From the NCBI GenBank assembly GCA_028909515.1, contig GCA_028909515.1_4811.1: 64,000 nt of DNA; one strand, written 5' to 3'. The translations under genes and the position numbers were made by a program. Origin of the DNA: a phage. The notes under the pieces were generated by a model that was not told the DNA's origin, did not search any database, and saw only the letters and a list, made by a program, of their open reading frames with translations. Of the stretch, positions 18,608 through 27,359 are shown in pieces. Within the stretch, counting starts at the first letter, position 1; each line of letters begins with the position of its first letter.

Positions 18608-20068
18608 TTAAAGGTTAGAGAAGAAGCCGGATGCTGCAACGATTGGTTTCATCAATGCCATGATTGCTGCGTCCGCTTTGTTAGGTGATTTAACTCCACG
18701 CTTTGCCATGTCCTTTTTGGATTCAACTTTGAACTTGCCAAGAACAGACGTATCTTTGCGCGGCGCTGACATCTCAAAAAGAAACGTCTCAATCTCTTCA
18801 GTAGTCCAAGCTGGAATTCCAAGTTCTGGTATGCCATCTGTGTCAATTGAAATCAACTCATCAGTCGGATATACGGCCTGCCCAGTCGCATACTCGTATG
18901 TCTTTCTGAATCTCTCTGCAATCTCAGTCCACTTTTGCGCTTTTATGTTTGCGAAATGGTCTTTATTGAGTATTTCAACGTGTGGTAGTTCAAGAAAAAC
19001 GTCATCAGGATCATCAACAGACCCTTGCGCGTTGAACGCATTAAATTCGATTCTTGGAAATGATGGATTTTCATGTATCGCATACTCGTTTAGTTCATCA
19101 AATTTTGAACCAGCAAAAGCGCCGACACCGATGGCGTCATAAGTTATAGAAGCGCCAAATGTAAGCGCATCTTTCCAAACTCCGCTTGCCGATTTCAACA
19201 ATTCATCTTCCAGACCTTCCCATGTCTTGATGCCGCGCAATACGTTTCCTGTAACGAATGCAGTGGCGTTAAGGTCGTCGCCATCGTCCGCTACGTCAAA
19301 GCCTATACGGTTAGACCCTGACAAACTCCAACCCAGCGTAGGGTGTTTGTGGAGGTTAAGCGCGGCCTTAACGAATGCGCGGTTGATTACAGATTTATCG
19401 CCGCCAGTCTTCGGCACGCCGCCATAAACGTGCTCTGCCTTTTTCGGGTCACGCTCGTACATGCCTGCAATAACGTCCAGCATTGTTTGCGACAAGAATG
19501 GATTGTCTTGCCAGTTTATCTTTTTGACAATGGCATTCTTCGGCGGTCGCATGACAAAGTTTTGATAGACGAAATCGGCCTCTTCATCAGGGTTAAAGAT
19601 AATCCATATTTCGGACCCTTCTTTACGGATTGTCGGCTCAATAATGTCCCACTGTTCTTCAGTAAGCGCGTGCGCTTCTTCCAGCCAAAGAACATCAACG
19701 CCTTCTGTTGATTTGATTTCATCAACGTTACGTGCGATACCATAAAATAGAAATTCAGATTTAGTTCTTTTGTGTTCGATAGAGTTCTTTAATAAATTGA
19801 ACTCATCTTTAAAATCAGAAATCTCTATTTTGTCTTTTAATAGAGTATATACAGATTCAGAAATCTTGTTCTGGAATTGTCGAACGCAAAGGAATTTTAA
19901 TTTGAAGTTTGCCGCCAAATAAATAGCAAAACCAGCGGCATCGTGCGATTTGGAAGATGCACGACCGCCGTATATTACTTTGTATCGCGCTTTTGTCTTC
20001 CAGACTTCTTTTAAAGCAGGATTCAACTGGTACATGAATTTCCAATTATGTGTTAATATTTTATTCAT
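18608..20068 (-). CDS. terminase large subunit
   Basis: 486 aa; N-terminal ATPase region with Walker A-like 'YGGRASSKSHDAAGF' and Walker B-like 'DVLWLEEAHAL'; C-terminal nuclease-like region; precedes portal. Confidence 0.8.
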   Translation of the reverse strand: MNKILTHNWKFMYQLNPALKEVWKTKARYKVIYGGRASSKSHDAAGFAIYLAANFKLKFLCVRQFQNKISESVYTLLKDKIEISDFKDEFNLLKNSIEHKRTKSEFLFYGIARNVDEIKSTEGVDVLWLEEAHALTEEQWDIIEPTIRKEGSEIWIIFNPDEEADFVYQNFVMRPPKNAIVKKINWQDNPFLSQTMLDVIAGMYERDPKKAEHVYGGVPKTGGDKSVINRAFVKAALNLHKHPTLGWSLSGSNRIGFDVADDGDDLNATAFVTGNVLRGIKTWEGLEDELLKSASGVWKDALTFGASITYDAIGVGAFAGSKFDELNEYAIHENPSFPRIEFNAFNAQGSVDDPDDVFLELPHVEILNKDHFANIKAQKWTEIAERFRKTYEYATGQAVYPTDELISIDTDGIPELGIPAWTTEEIETFLFEMSAPRKDTSVLGKFKVESKKDMAKRGVKSPNKADAAIMALMKPIVAASGFFSNL

Positions 20069-20078
20069 ATTATAGTTT

Positions 20079-20090
20079 GCTTGTACAAGC
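20079..20090. promoter_or_regulatory. perfect 12-bp palindrome GCTTGTACAAGC upstream of terminase start
   Basis: Read directly; 11 bp from the terminase ATG. Confidence 0.4.
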
Positions 20091-20143
20091 TATATCAAGT
20101 AAAATTATGATTCCAGCTTAGTAGTGGATAAAGGGTGATCTTT

Positions 20144-20171
20144 CGGCCAGATTTTTTCTGGCCATTTTTTT
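20144..20171 (+). terminator. rho-independent terminator-like hairpin
   Basis: GGCCAGA-tttttt-TCTGGCC followed by ATTTTTTT. Confidence 0.5.
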
Positions 20172-20190
20172 GATTAAAATTCACAAAAAG

Positions 20191-20218
20191 TTTGCCTTTC
20201 TGAAACTCTGCGTTATAA
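20191..20218 (+). promoter_or_regulatory. sigma70-like promoter
   Basis: TTGCCT-N16-TATAAT, about 28 bp upstream of 20246. Confidence 0.55.
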
Positions 20219-20245
20219 TCATATTAACTCAAAACCGGAGGTAAT

Positions 20246-20461
20246 ATGAAACTCATCGACCGTGCCATCAAAGCCATAGATAACCATTCCACAGCTATTG
20301 CATTCGTAATGGGATTCTGTTTTACTGCTGCGTTTGGCGACGTTCACACATTCAAGTCTGTCATCTTGTGCTGGTCTATCTGGTCCCTCATTTCTCTGGT
20401 TTTGATTCTTCCGATGACGTGGCTTGTCCTTACTTGTCTGGAATCTCAAGGTGAAGACTGA
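20246..20461 (+). CDS. small membrane protein
   Basis: 71 aa with two hydrophobic segments; sigma70-like promoter and RBS upstream. Confidence 0.5.
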   Translation: MKLIDRAIKAIDNHSTAIAFVMGFCFTAAFGDVHTFKSVILCWSIWSLISLVLILPMTWLVLTCLESQGED

Positions 20462-20682
20462 TGAGACTATCAATCAAAGAGCGGGCAAAACGGCCCAAAA
20501 GGAGTGAGTCAAAAGCTAAATACACGTGCATAGGCGGTCCATTCGACGGGCAGCCTATATGGCTTTCAAAATCTAATCCATCGACGGTTGAATTCAGCCT
20601 TCATGGAATGCGCGGCAGATACCTGCTAAACAGAGAAACAAGCGTCAGTACATTTGTGGAGTGGAAAGAAAATGGCAAGTGA
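20461..20682 (+). CDS. hypothetical protein
   Basis: 73-aa ORF, start overlaps upstream stop. Confidence 0.45.
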   Translation: MRLSIKERAKRPKRSESKAKYTCIGGPFDGQPIWLSKSNPSTVEFSLHGMRGRYLLNRETSVSTFVEWKENGK

Positions 20683-20905
20683 ATTAACTTTAAAAGTACC
20701 AAAAGAAGTGCTAGATAAGGCATATGCAGATTCTGTAAAAGAATTGGCCGTGGTGCTTGGGATTGAAAATGAATTTAACGTTCAATTGCAATTCCTTAAG
20801 GACACGCTTCAAATTAAAGAGAATAGAGAAGTTGGAAGCGGTGCGCCTTTAGCTCTGGCAATCCTCTATGCGGGTCTGATTTTGCAATCTGGAGATGAAC
20901 TGTGA
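20672..20905 (+). CDS. hypothetical protein
   Basis: Start set at 'MASELTLK' behind a GGAG-type RBS. Confidence 0.4.
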   Translation: MASELTLKVPKEVLDKAYADSVKELAVVLGIENEFNVQLQFLKDTLQIKENREVGSGAPLALAILYAGLILQSGDEL

Positions 20906-21100
20906 ATCGTTGGTGTAGTTGGAAGCTGAAACGACTCGCCTGGGCCAATGCCGCCAATTCTGCTGGGGTTATCACCGCTGGCGTTGGTTCGGTATGGGAT
21001 GGCGAAGGCCGTTGGGATTCGCTGTGTGGCACGCGCCTATTCTTTCGCGTAAAATAATTATCACCCTTCCCGATATGGGAAGGGAATTAAAGAGGTTATC

Positions 21101-21442
21101 ATGAACAACACTTTATCACAACTGTTAATCTGGACTATCGCCGCTATCATCGGCACCGTTATTATGATGTCAAGTGCAAAGGCTGAAACGGATATTTGCG
21201 GCAGACTGATTTCTGAAAACGGCGAAATTTATTATGGCAACTCAAAAGGTGATTACATATCACCTGAAGTTTGCGCTCAGAAGAAAGCAGAGCTGCAAAA
21301 GCAGTATCATGAAGATCAATCTATATCTCAAGCCACGCTGATTGAATTAAGTATATCAGCCATCATCTTTCTAATCGTTTTTATGCTCATTATTAAACCA
21401 AATAATGGCAGCCATCGTCATATTCCTCTCAAAAGAAATTAA
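21101..21442 (+). CDS. membrane protein with N- and C-terminal hydrophobic segments
   Basis: 113 aa; N-terminal signal/TM 'LLIWTIAAIIGTVIMM' and C-terminal TM 'AIIFLIVFMLII'. Confidence 0.5.
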   Translation: MNNTLSQLLIWTIAAIIGTVIMMSSAKAETDICGRLISENGEIYYGNSKGDYISPEVCAQKKAELQKQYHEDQSISQATLIELSISAIIFLIVFMLIIKPNNGSHRHIPLKRN

Positions 21443-21480
21443 GGTTATAATACGGTTGTCGACAAAACGAGGACCGTAAA

Positions 21481-23868
21481 ATGCCAAGGCTAATATTCAA
21501 AAACAACTTTGAGGTCGCGCTTGCCCAGCCAACGACGACTTCAGACACCACCATCACAATTCGCTCAGGGTCGGGCTTTCCGACCTTGGGCGCAAACGAG
21601 CGTGTAGTGGCGACAATAGTCGACGCTGCGACAGGCCTCCAATTCGAAATCATCACAGTAACCGCCGTCGTCGGTGATGTCCTGACCGTTCAGCGTGCAC
21701 AGGAAGGGACTGCAGCGCGTGCATGGGCTGCTGGTGATTTGCTTTCCATTCGAACTACTGCTGCATCTTTGACCAACACCGTCCGAAATTACGGCGCAAT
21801 GCCATCAGGCATCAACTTGAATGCTCTTACAGGAAGTTGGTTTGGACAGTATTATCAGCCAGTAAGCTCAAATGCGCCAACAAACTTGAACTACCCAATA
21901 GCAGAGGCTGGCGTTTTACAAGTACTTCAAACTTCTGCAAATGGTTCAGAAAGCTGCATCCAAATATATACCACTTTTCAAAATAACATCACATTCCAAA
22001 GGACTTTTGTTGAATTATCAAGTTCATGGTCTAACTGGTCGAGAATAAGAAGGTTTACCGACATAGTAGGCATAGAGGCTGGCGGAACAGGTCAAACAAC
22101 CATTCAGGGGATGAAGTCTGCTTTTGGATTCGGAACAGTCGCTGATCAAGACATCGTTCCAACTTCCATGGGCGGCACAGGGTCAGCCGACAACGCGCAA
22201 GCATGGTTGAATATTCGCCCTCAAGGTTCAACGCCGCTTGCTGGCGACCCAGTGAATGATTATGATGCCGCGACCAAGCGTTGGGTAGAGAACTTGGTGA
22301 ACACAGGCACCGTTGGCCCAAGCATGAACGGTGTAATGAACTATGGCGTCGGCGACTTCCACTTGCGTGACAGTCGTGCATACATTCAACCATACGAAGT
22401 TGTTGCCGATGGGCAGTTGTTAAACCGCGCTGACTGGCCTGAGCTTTGGGCTTATGCGCAAATGCTTACGCCTATTGCTGATGCCGACTGGCTTGCTGAC
22501 CCACTTAAGCGCGGCAAGTATTCTTCAGGCAACGGCACAACAACATTCCGTGTACCAGACCGTAACGGTGTTCAGACAGGCAGCGTCAGAGCGCTATTTG
22601 CGCGCGGTGATGGCGGCAACTCGTCGAACGACGGAATGATCATGGAATCCTTCCTGCCAAACATCACTGGCAGCATCAACTTCCACGGGTCCGGCCCTGC
22701 AAGTGAACCAGGATCGGGAACGGTTGTCGCAAGTGCTGGCGGCGCATTCGTCAATGGAGAAGGATTCACCATTCCGCGATATGTTAGAGGCGTTTCGCTT
22801 TTAAGTTCTGGTGCGAACTCTTTGGGAAGCGTTGCGCTAAGAGCTTCTAACTCAAGCCCAGCTTACGGTCGTAACAACCTTGCAACAGATGAAGTATTGC
22901 CGCGCAACTTTTCAGGCGTTTGGGTTATTCGTGCATCTGGTGGATTTGTTGCTGCTAAAACTTCTTGGGAGGTTGTGAACGGTGACTCAGTTCTTCCAGG
23001 CCCAGGTACCACTGTTGACGGCGGCGAAGTAAAATCAAAATATAATGTTGGAACGACTCTGCAAGCCCAATTTAGTATGCGCGCACGCGCAGACGTTGGC
23101 GGGAACTATTATGGGCGTTTGAGCGTTTATAATGCTGCAAAAAGCGTCACCACTGTATATGATTTTGACGATACTGGTGCTATCACGCTTCCTCAAAACG
23201 CGTCAATAAGATCAGGGTCGATGAAATTCGACTTTGCCCAATCCACAGGCGAAGTGTATTGCGCCACCTCAAGATTGCGCGTCGCCCCGTTATCAGGCGG
23301 CCAAACGATGGGTATTACATCGCTCGGCGGCGGAGGCTTGCCTGCTGAAAGTGCCTGGTTCGAGCACTGGGGCAATAGCACAAGCGGAGGTTCAGACAGA
23401 ACGCGAGCGACAGTGGTTGAGTGCAAGGTTGGTGCTGATTACATGTGGTACTCGCAAAAGTTGACCACAGGAGCAAAAGAGTTGCGCGTCAACGGCGCTT
23501 GCATCGCAACGGCATTCACACAATCATCTGACAGAGACTTGAAAGAAAACATCCAAGTCATTCCAGATGCAACGGCAGCTTTGAGAAAGATGAGCGGCTA
23601 TACATACACCTTAAAAGAGGATGGCATGCCGCATGCTGGTGTCATAGCGCAAGAAGCAATGGAAGCGATTCCAGAGGCTGTCGGCTCTCAATATAAATAT
23701 CCAGAAGGTGATGAAGAAGGACTAATCCCTGAAAGATATTACACCGTTGACTATTCTGCAGTCACAGGCCTTCTGGTTCAAGTTTGTCGTGAAGCTGATG
23801 AAAGAATAACGGCGCTTGAAGAGAGGATTGCGAATCTGGAAGCGTTAATAAAAAGTATGGCGAAATAA
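21481..23868 (+). CDS. tail fibre protein with C-terminal intramolecular chaperone (peptidase S74-like) domain
   Basis: 795 aa; C-terminal 'SSDRDLKENIQVIP...GVIAQE...LIPERYYTVDY' matches the auto-cleaving chaperone domain of phage fibres and endosialidases; terminator follows. Confidence 0.8.
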   Translation: MPRLIFKNNFEVALAQPTTTSDTTITIRSGSGFPTLGANERVVATIVDAATGLQFEIITVTAVVGDVLTVQRAQEGTAARAWAAGDLLSIRTTAASLTNTVRNYGAMPSGINLNALTGSWFGQYYQPVSSNAPTNLNYPIAEAGVLQVLQTSANGSESCIQIYTTFQNNITFQRTFVELSSSWSNWSRIRRFTDIVGIEAGGTGQTTIQGMKSAFGFGTVADQDIVPTSMGGTGSADNAQAWLNIRPQGSTPLAGDPVNDYDAATKRWVENLVNTGTVGPSMNGVMNYGVGDFHLRDSRAYIQPYEVVADGQLLNRADWPELWAYAQMLTPIADADWLADPLKRGKYSSGNGTTTFRVPDRNGVQTGSVRALFARGDGGNSSNDGMIMESFLPNITGSINFHGSGPASEPGSGTVVASAGGAFVNGEGFTIPRYVRGVSLLSSGANSLGSVALRASNSSPAYGRNNLATDEVLPRNFSGVWVIRASGGFVAAKTSWEVVNGDSVLPGPGTTVDGGEVKSKYNVGTTLQAQFSMRARADVGGNYYGRLSVYNAAKSVTTVYDFDDTGAITLPQNASIRSGSMKFDFAQSTGEVYCATSRLRVAPLSGGQTMGITSLGGGGLPAESAWFEHWGNSTSGGSDRTRATVVECKVGADYMWYSQKLTTGAKELRVNGACIATAFTQSSDRDLKENIQVIPDATAALRKMSGYTYTLKEDGMPHAGVIAQEAMEAIPEAVGSQYKYPEGDEEGLIPERYYTVDYSAVTGLLVQVCREADERITALEERIANLEALIKSMAK

Positions 23869-23875
23869 TTCACTC

Positions 23876-23903
23876 AAGGCGCTGAAAAGCGCCTTTACTT
23901 TAT
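23876..23903 (+). terminator. rho-independent terminator after tail fibre gene
   Basis: AAGGCGCT-gaaa-AGCGCCTT then TACTTTAT. Confidence 0.6.
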
Positions 23904-23949
23904 GCGCTATTAAGTTATACTCATTATACGTTAACAAGTGAGGTGTTTT

Positions 23950-24156
23950 ATGGAAATTAAAGTGTTGCCCGATTTTGTAAAAAGTATCGAAGCCAAAGGC
24001 ATGACCATCAAGGCCAAAGGCAGTCTCGTTTGCATTGATAAAAAGCAAAGCGATCAAAGTATATCACTTGATGATATCAAGACTATGCAAAAACTCAACA
24101 AGAAAGGTGCTTTGCACGAGTTCTTAACGGATATTGGAGCAGTGGACAATGGATAA
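23950..24156 (+). CDS. hypothetical protein
   Basis: Start set at 'MEIKVLPDF' behind GTGAGGTG RBS. Confidence 0.45.
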   Translation: MEIKVLPDFVKSIEAKGMTIKAKGSLVCIDKKQSDQSISLDDIKTMQKLNKKGALHEFLTDIGAVDNG

Positions 24157-24250
24157 AGAGGCACGACGTTTTGCATTTTGGGGCACGGTTTGTGTTGTCG
24201 CCCTGTTTGGAATTGTTTACGCAATCATCCACGCTGCTGCAGCATGAATT

Positions 24251-24646
24251 ATGATCATTGATATTGAAAAGGCGCTTAAGCGCGAACTGACACCAGGTGC
24301 AACTCCTGGTGAAGAGGCTTATTACCGACCCAAGCCGCAACGCACCAATGATATTCCGGTCGCCAAGCGTACAGTGAATAAGAACGGCCAGCGGTCGCGA
24401 CCACGCTCTATCCGGTCCGGTGAGAAGCTGAAAACGATTCGCCAATGTCTACAACGCCTCGAAATCATGGGTTGTCGCGCTTATATCGACCCTGATGGAA
24501 AGGTTTTGGTGAGAATTGGCAATAGTACACATCTGCAAGACGGATTGCCCTGCGGCGAATCCAGACCCATAGCGAAGACCGACCGTGTGGCTACTGGCCG
24601 CGAAATTGAGGAAAGCTGGTTGGGTGCTTTCTTATTAAAATATTGA
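24251..24646 (+). CDS. hypothetical protein
   Basis: 131-aa ORF. Confidence 0.45.
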   Translation: MIIDIEKALKRELTPGATPGEEAYYRPKPQRTNDIPVAKRTVNKNGQRSRPRSIRSGEKLKTIRQCLQRLEIMGCRAYIDPDGKVLVRIGNSTHLQDGLPCGESRPIAKTDRVATGREIEESWLGAFLLKY

Positions 24647-24653
24647 GGTTGAC

Positions 24654-24902
24654 ATGAATCAAAATGAATCAGTAGCATTCTTACAATGGCTGGAAGGTGT
24701 GGTGGAGTATTACGCTCCAAAAGACCGCTTCATCTTTCAAGGAAAAAGTTACAAGCGCAAAGGGCAGGCCCAGAAAGCTGCGCGCAAGTACTGGAAAGAA
24801 GTTTATTCAGAATTTTTCTCTCAGATGGGAATCATCGGCGCAACGGTGTCCGGCGACCCTGCACAATTGGTATCGATTGATGAATCCAATCGTCACAATT
24901 AA
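24654..24902 (+). CDS. hypothetical protein
   Basis: 82-aa ORF. Confidence 0.45.
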   Translation: MNQNESVAFLQWLEGVVEYYAPKDRFIFQGKSYKRKGQAQKAARKYWKEVYSEFFSQMGIIGATVSGDPAQLVSIDESNRHN

Positions 24903-24917
24903 TAAATCGATTTGAAT

Positions 24918-24940
24918 GCCGCGCTATGCGGCTTTATTAT
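24918..24940 (+). terminator. rho-independent terminator-like hairpin
   Basis: GCCGC-gctat-GCGGC then TTTATTAT. Confidence 0.45.
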
Positions 24941-24977
24941 AGTTATTGTTAATCACCCAAATATTAAAGGTAATGAT

Positions 24978-25358
24978 ATGTCAAATAAAAATGATTCTAT
25001 GAGCCACACATATACTAAAGGCAGCGGCACCGCTTTTGGTTCAAGTATGAAAATTGACGCTCCATCTTGCTATTCTGATGGATTGGAAGTTGGCAACCGT
25101 GACTTGACATGGGTTTTACGTCGCCAATCCGATTTAGAAGAGAAGTTGGAAAATATTGAGCGTTCTCTTGAAAGTCTGCGCGACCAGCTTTTTGGTTGTT
25201 CTGGAGATGAGTCAAAACCTGTATCATATGCAGCCAATCGCGGTTTGATTGATAATATGCTTGCTATTACCGCTCGATCAATTGGTAAAACTGTGTCCAT
25301 TGAATCATTGATCAGCCAGATTGCGGATGGCTTTGGTGATGCCCATAAGAGTGAGTAG
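24978..25358 (+). CDS. hypothetical protein
   Basis: Start set at 'MSNKND' behind AAAGGTAATGAT; a hairpin terminator lies in the longer ORF-track N-terminus. Confidence 0.45.
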   Translation: MSNKNDSMSHTYTKGSGTAFGSSMKIDAPSCYSDGLEVGNRDLTWVLRRQSDLEEKLENIERSLESLRDQLFGCSGDESKPVSYAANRGLIDNMLAITARSIGKTVSIESLISQIADGFGDAHKSE

Positions 25359-26070
25359 TGGGTGTTGGTTATTTAACCGTGAATCGTGGGTCGTGAATCT
25401 TGGGTCGCTTAGTGCGGCCCTTTCTTTTGCCTGCCGTGCAGGAGTGTACTGCAAATTTACTGTGGGTACAAAATAGTACGGTACTGTCTAGGATTTTTTC
25501 TTTGAAAAGTTAGTGGACCAAATGTGTCGTATTTTGATTAGTGTACTACAAATTTCATCAAGTACCAAAACGCACCAAAAGACCCATGCCATAAAAACCA
25601 CACGAACGCAATAATCAATCGCCGTTACAGTTTCCAGCGTTACAATTCGAAAGCGAATGATTCGAAGCATAATAATATGAAGCATAATGATTCGAAAGCG
25701 AATGATTGCGTGTAGGATAATATCGGTGGGGATTATTCTAGATGCATGTAATTTCGCATGCGTACTATTTTCGGACGAAGGGTCGGCATATTCCTCGTTT
25801 TAGTTCGGAACGAAGGGAAAGTTTTGCGCCTTTATAAAACAACGACTTACGCGACCCTCCCTAACGGTCCGATATAGGTGTCTATATAAAACAACGACTT
25901 ACGCGATGTTCTCCATTTAACGTAATACCCGTTATGCGAACTAAGGCGCATCTCGGCGAAGATTATGCGACGACGAAGGGAAGGATAAAGGAGTTTTCGC
26001 GGAGAAGCGCATCGGGATAGGGACGAAGAAAAGCCGCGACTAAGCGCGGCCTATTAGTAACGGAAGGGTA
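25359..26070. repeat. repeat-dense non-coding region between convergent genes
   Basis: Two copies of ATAAAACAACGACTTACGCGA; GTGAATC(G/T)TGGGTCG twice; GTGTACT(G/A)CAAATTT twice; permuted repeats of CGAAAGCGAATGATT and GAAGCATAAT; about five ACGAAGGG-type copies. Confidence 0.6.
26015..26040 (-). terminator. rho-independent terminator of 26071..26361
   Basis: Minus-strand hairpin GCCGCG...CGCGGC followed by TTTTCTTC. Confidence 0.55.
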
Positions 26071-26361
26071 TTATAAGGAGACGATTTTAAAATAAGTTAC
26101 TTCGCCGCCAAGTTGCGGGACCGCGATATATTCGCCGCCGATTTCGGTAATCGTATAGACGAAGCCGTTGATGGTTACGCGGTAGGATACTACGTCCTCG
26201 TCGCGATACTTGTAAAGGTCGAGGAAGTTGATCGGCTCATAAATAGACTCGATAGTCGCGTCTACGTTAGAGAGATAAACGCTCTCTAAGGTTTCGCCAA
26301 ATACGTTAGAGTTTTCGGAAGTCTCGACGCGAGCGGAACGGATAGCGGATAAAGTAATCAT
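26071..26361 (-). CDS. small acidic protein, paralog family (copy A)
   Basis: 96 aa, Glu/Asp-rich; own promoter, AGGAG RBS and terminator; similar to 26995..27279 ('SIR.A.VE...NVD.TIE...NG..Y...EIG'). Confidence 0.6.
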   Translation of the reverse strand: MITLSAIRSARVETSENSNVFGETLESVYLSNVDATIESIYEPINFLDLYKYRDEDVVSYRVTINGFVYTITEIGGEYIAVPQLGGEVTYFKIVSL

Positions 26362-26427
26362 AATATTCTCCTAGTTAGTCGGGAGGGTAGCGACCTATTC
26401 GCTACCTCATCCCCTCTCGATATAAAC

Positions 26428-26456
26428 ATTATAGTCTTAGTGTACGAATAAGTAAA
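26428..26456 (-). promoter_or_regulatory. sigma70-like promoter for acidic paralog A
   Basis: Minus-strand TTTACT-N17-TATAAT with internal TACACT. Confidence 0.55.
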
Positions 26457-26466
26457 GCACTTTTCG

Positions 26467-26769
26467 TTATTCTGCGATAAAATATTTATAAGCTTTATCG
26501 CCTTCTATATCGAGATACTCGACGATAATTAACGCTTCGCCGCGCGGCGTAACGGTTTCGATGAGGGTTACGGTTTCGTCGTCGGCCCGAATGAAGCGGA
26601 TGGCGCTACGTTCGGCGTACTTAATCTCGTCGAAGGAAAGGCCGACGAAGGCGACCGCGCGGACTTTAATTCCGCTCCACTCTAGTTCCGCGTTAACGGC
26701 TTTAAGAAGAGAAGCGACGGTTAAGCGGTCTTCGTCGTAAGTAAGAAGAGAAGAAATTAAAGTAGCCAT
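26467..26769 (-). CDS. small acidic protein, paralog family (copy B)
   Basis: Start at 'MATLISS' behind GGGAG RBS; acidic; same promoter architecture as copies A and C. Confidence 0.55.
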   Translation of the reverse strand: MATLISSLLTYDEDRLTVASLLKAVNAELEWSGIKVRAVAFVGLSFDEIKYAERSAIRFIRADDETVTLIETVTPRGEALIIVEYLDIEGDKAYKYFIAE

Positions 26770-26825
26770 AATAAAACTCCCGATGCTAGTAGAAGGAAGG
26801 GCCATCACCCGTCTCGATATAAACA

Positions 26826-26854
26826 AGTATACGCGAGTGTACGAAGAAGTAAAG
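26826..26854 (-). promoter_or_regulatory. sigma70-like promoter for acidic paralog B
   Basis: Minus-strand TTTACT-N16-TATACT with internal TACACT. Confidence 0.55.
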
Positions 26855-26898
26855 AAAAAAAGATAAAATAATTTATCTCATTTTTATCGAAAAAGTGC

Positions 26899-26926
26899 TT
26901 TACTTTTTTCTACACTATATTATAAT
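26899..26926 (+). promoter_or_regulatory. sigma70-like promoter for acidic paralog C (divergent from B)
   Basis: GTGCTTTACTT-N-TACACT-N-TATAAT; -35 TTTACT, 16-bp spacer. Confidence 0.55.
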
Positions 26927-26994
26927 GTACTCATATCGGGACGGGATGAGTTAACGAATAGGTCGTTAACGCCTCTCCCAACTAGGAGTTTAAA

Positions 26995-27279
26995 ATGGCT
27001 ATTCTTAACGTTTCTTCTATTCGCAACGCTATCGTCGAGAACTACGGCGTAAAACAAATTTTATCCGAAGTCTACGCCGCGAACGTAGACCAAACTATCG
27101 AGGCGGGTGGGGTAACGGTCGCCGAGGCTTTTAAACTTTACGCGGCGCTACCGGAATCGGACCGCGAAGCCTTCGAAGTAAACGTTAACGGATACTTCTT
27201 CGAAGCGGTCGAAATCGGTAACATCTTACTCGTTATGGGCGAAGAAGAATTTGAGACCTTCTCCCTCGTCGAAGCGTAA
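26995..27279 (+). CDS. small acidic protein, paralog family (copy C)
   Basis: 94 aa, about 14 Glu versus 4 basic residues; AGGAG RBS; promoter TTTACT-N16-TATAAT upstream. Confidence 0.6.
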   Translation: MAILNVSSIRNAIVENYGVKQILSEVYAANVDQTIEAGGVTVAEAFKLYAALPESDREAFEVNVNGYFFEAVEIGNILLVMGEEEFETFSLVEA

Positions 27280-27359
27280 GAGAGGATTTTTAGAGCGTCG
27301 TGCGCGGCGCTTTAATAAAATTCTTTCGCGCCTAGCGCCCTAACAAATAGGAGTTTATT

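Noticed and set aside
25488-25685. 65-aa minus-strand ORF
   Set aside because: Lies within the repeat-dense non-coding stretch, no RBS, hydrophobic low-complexity translation.
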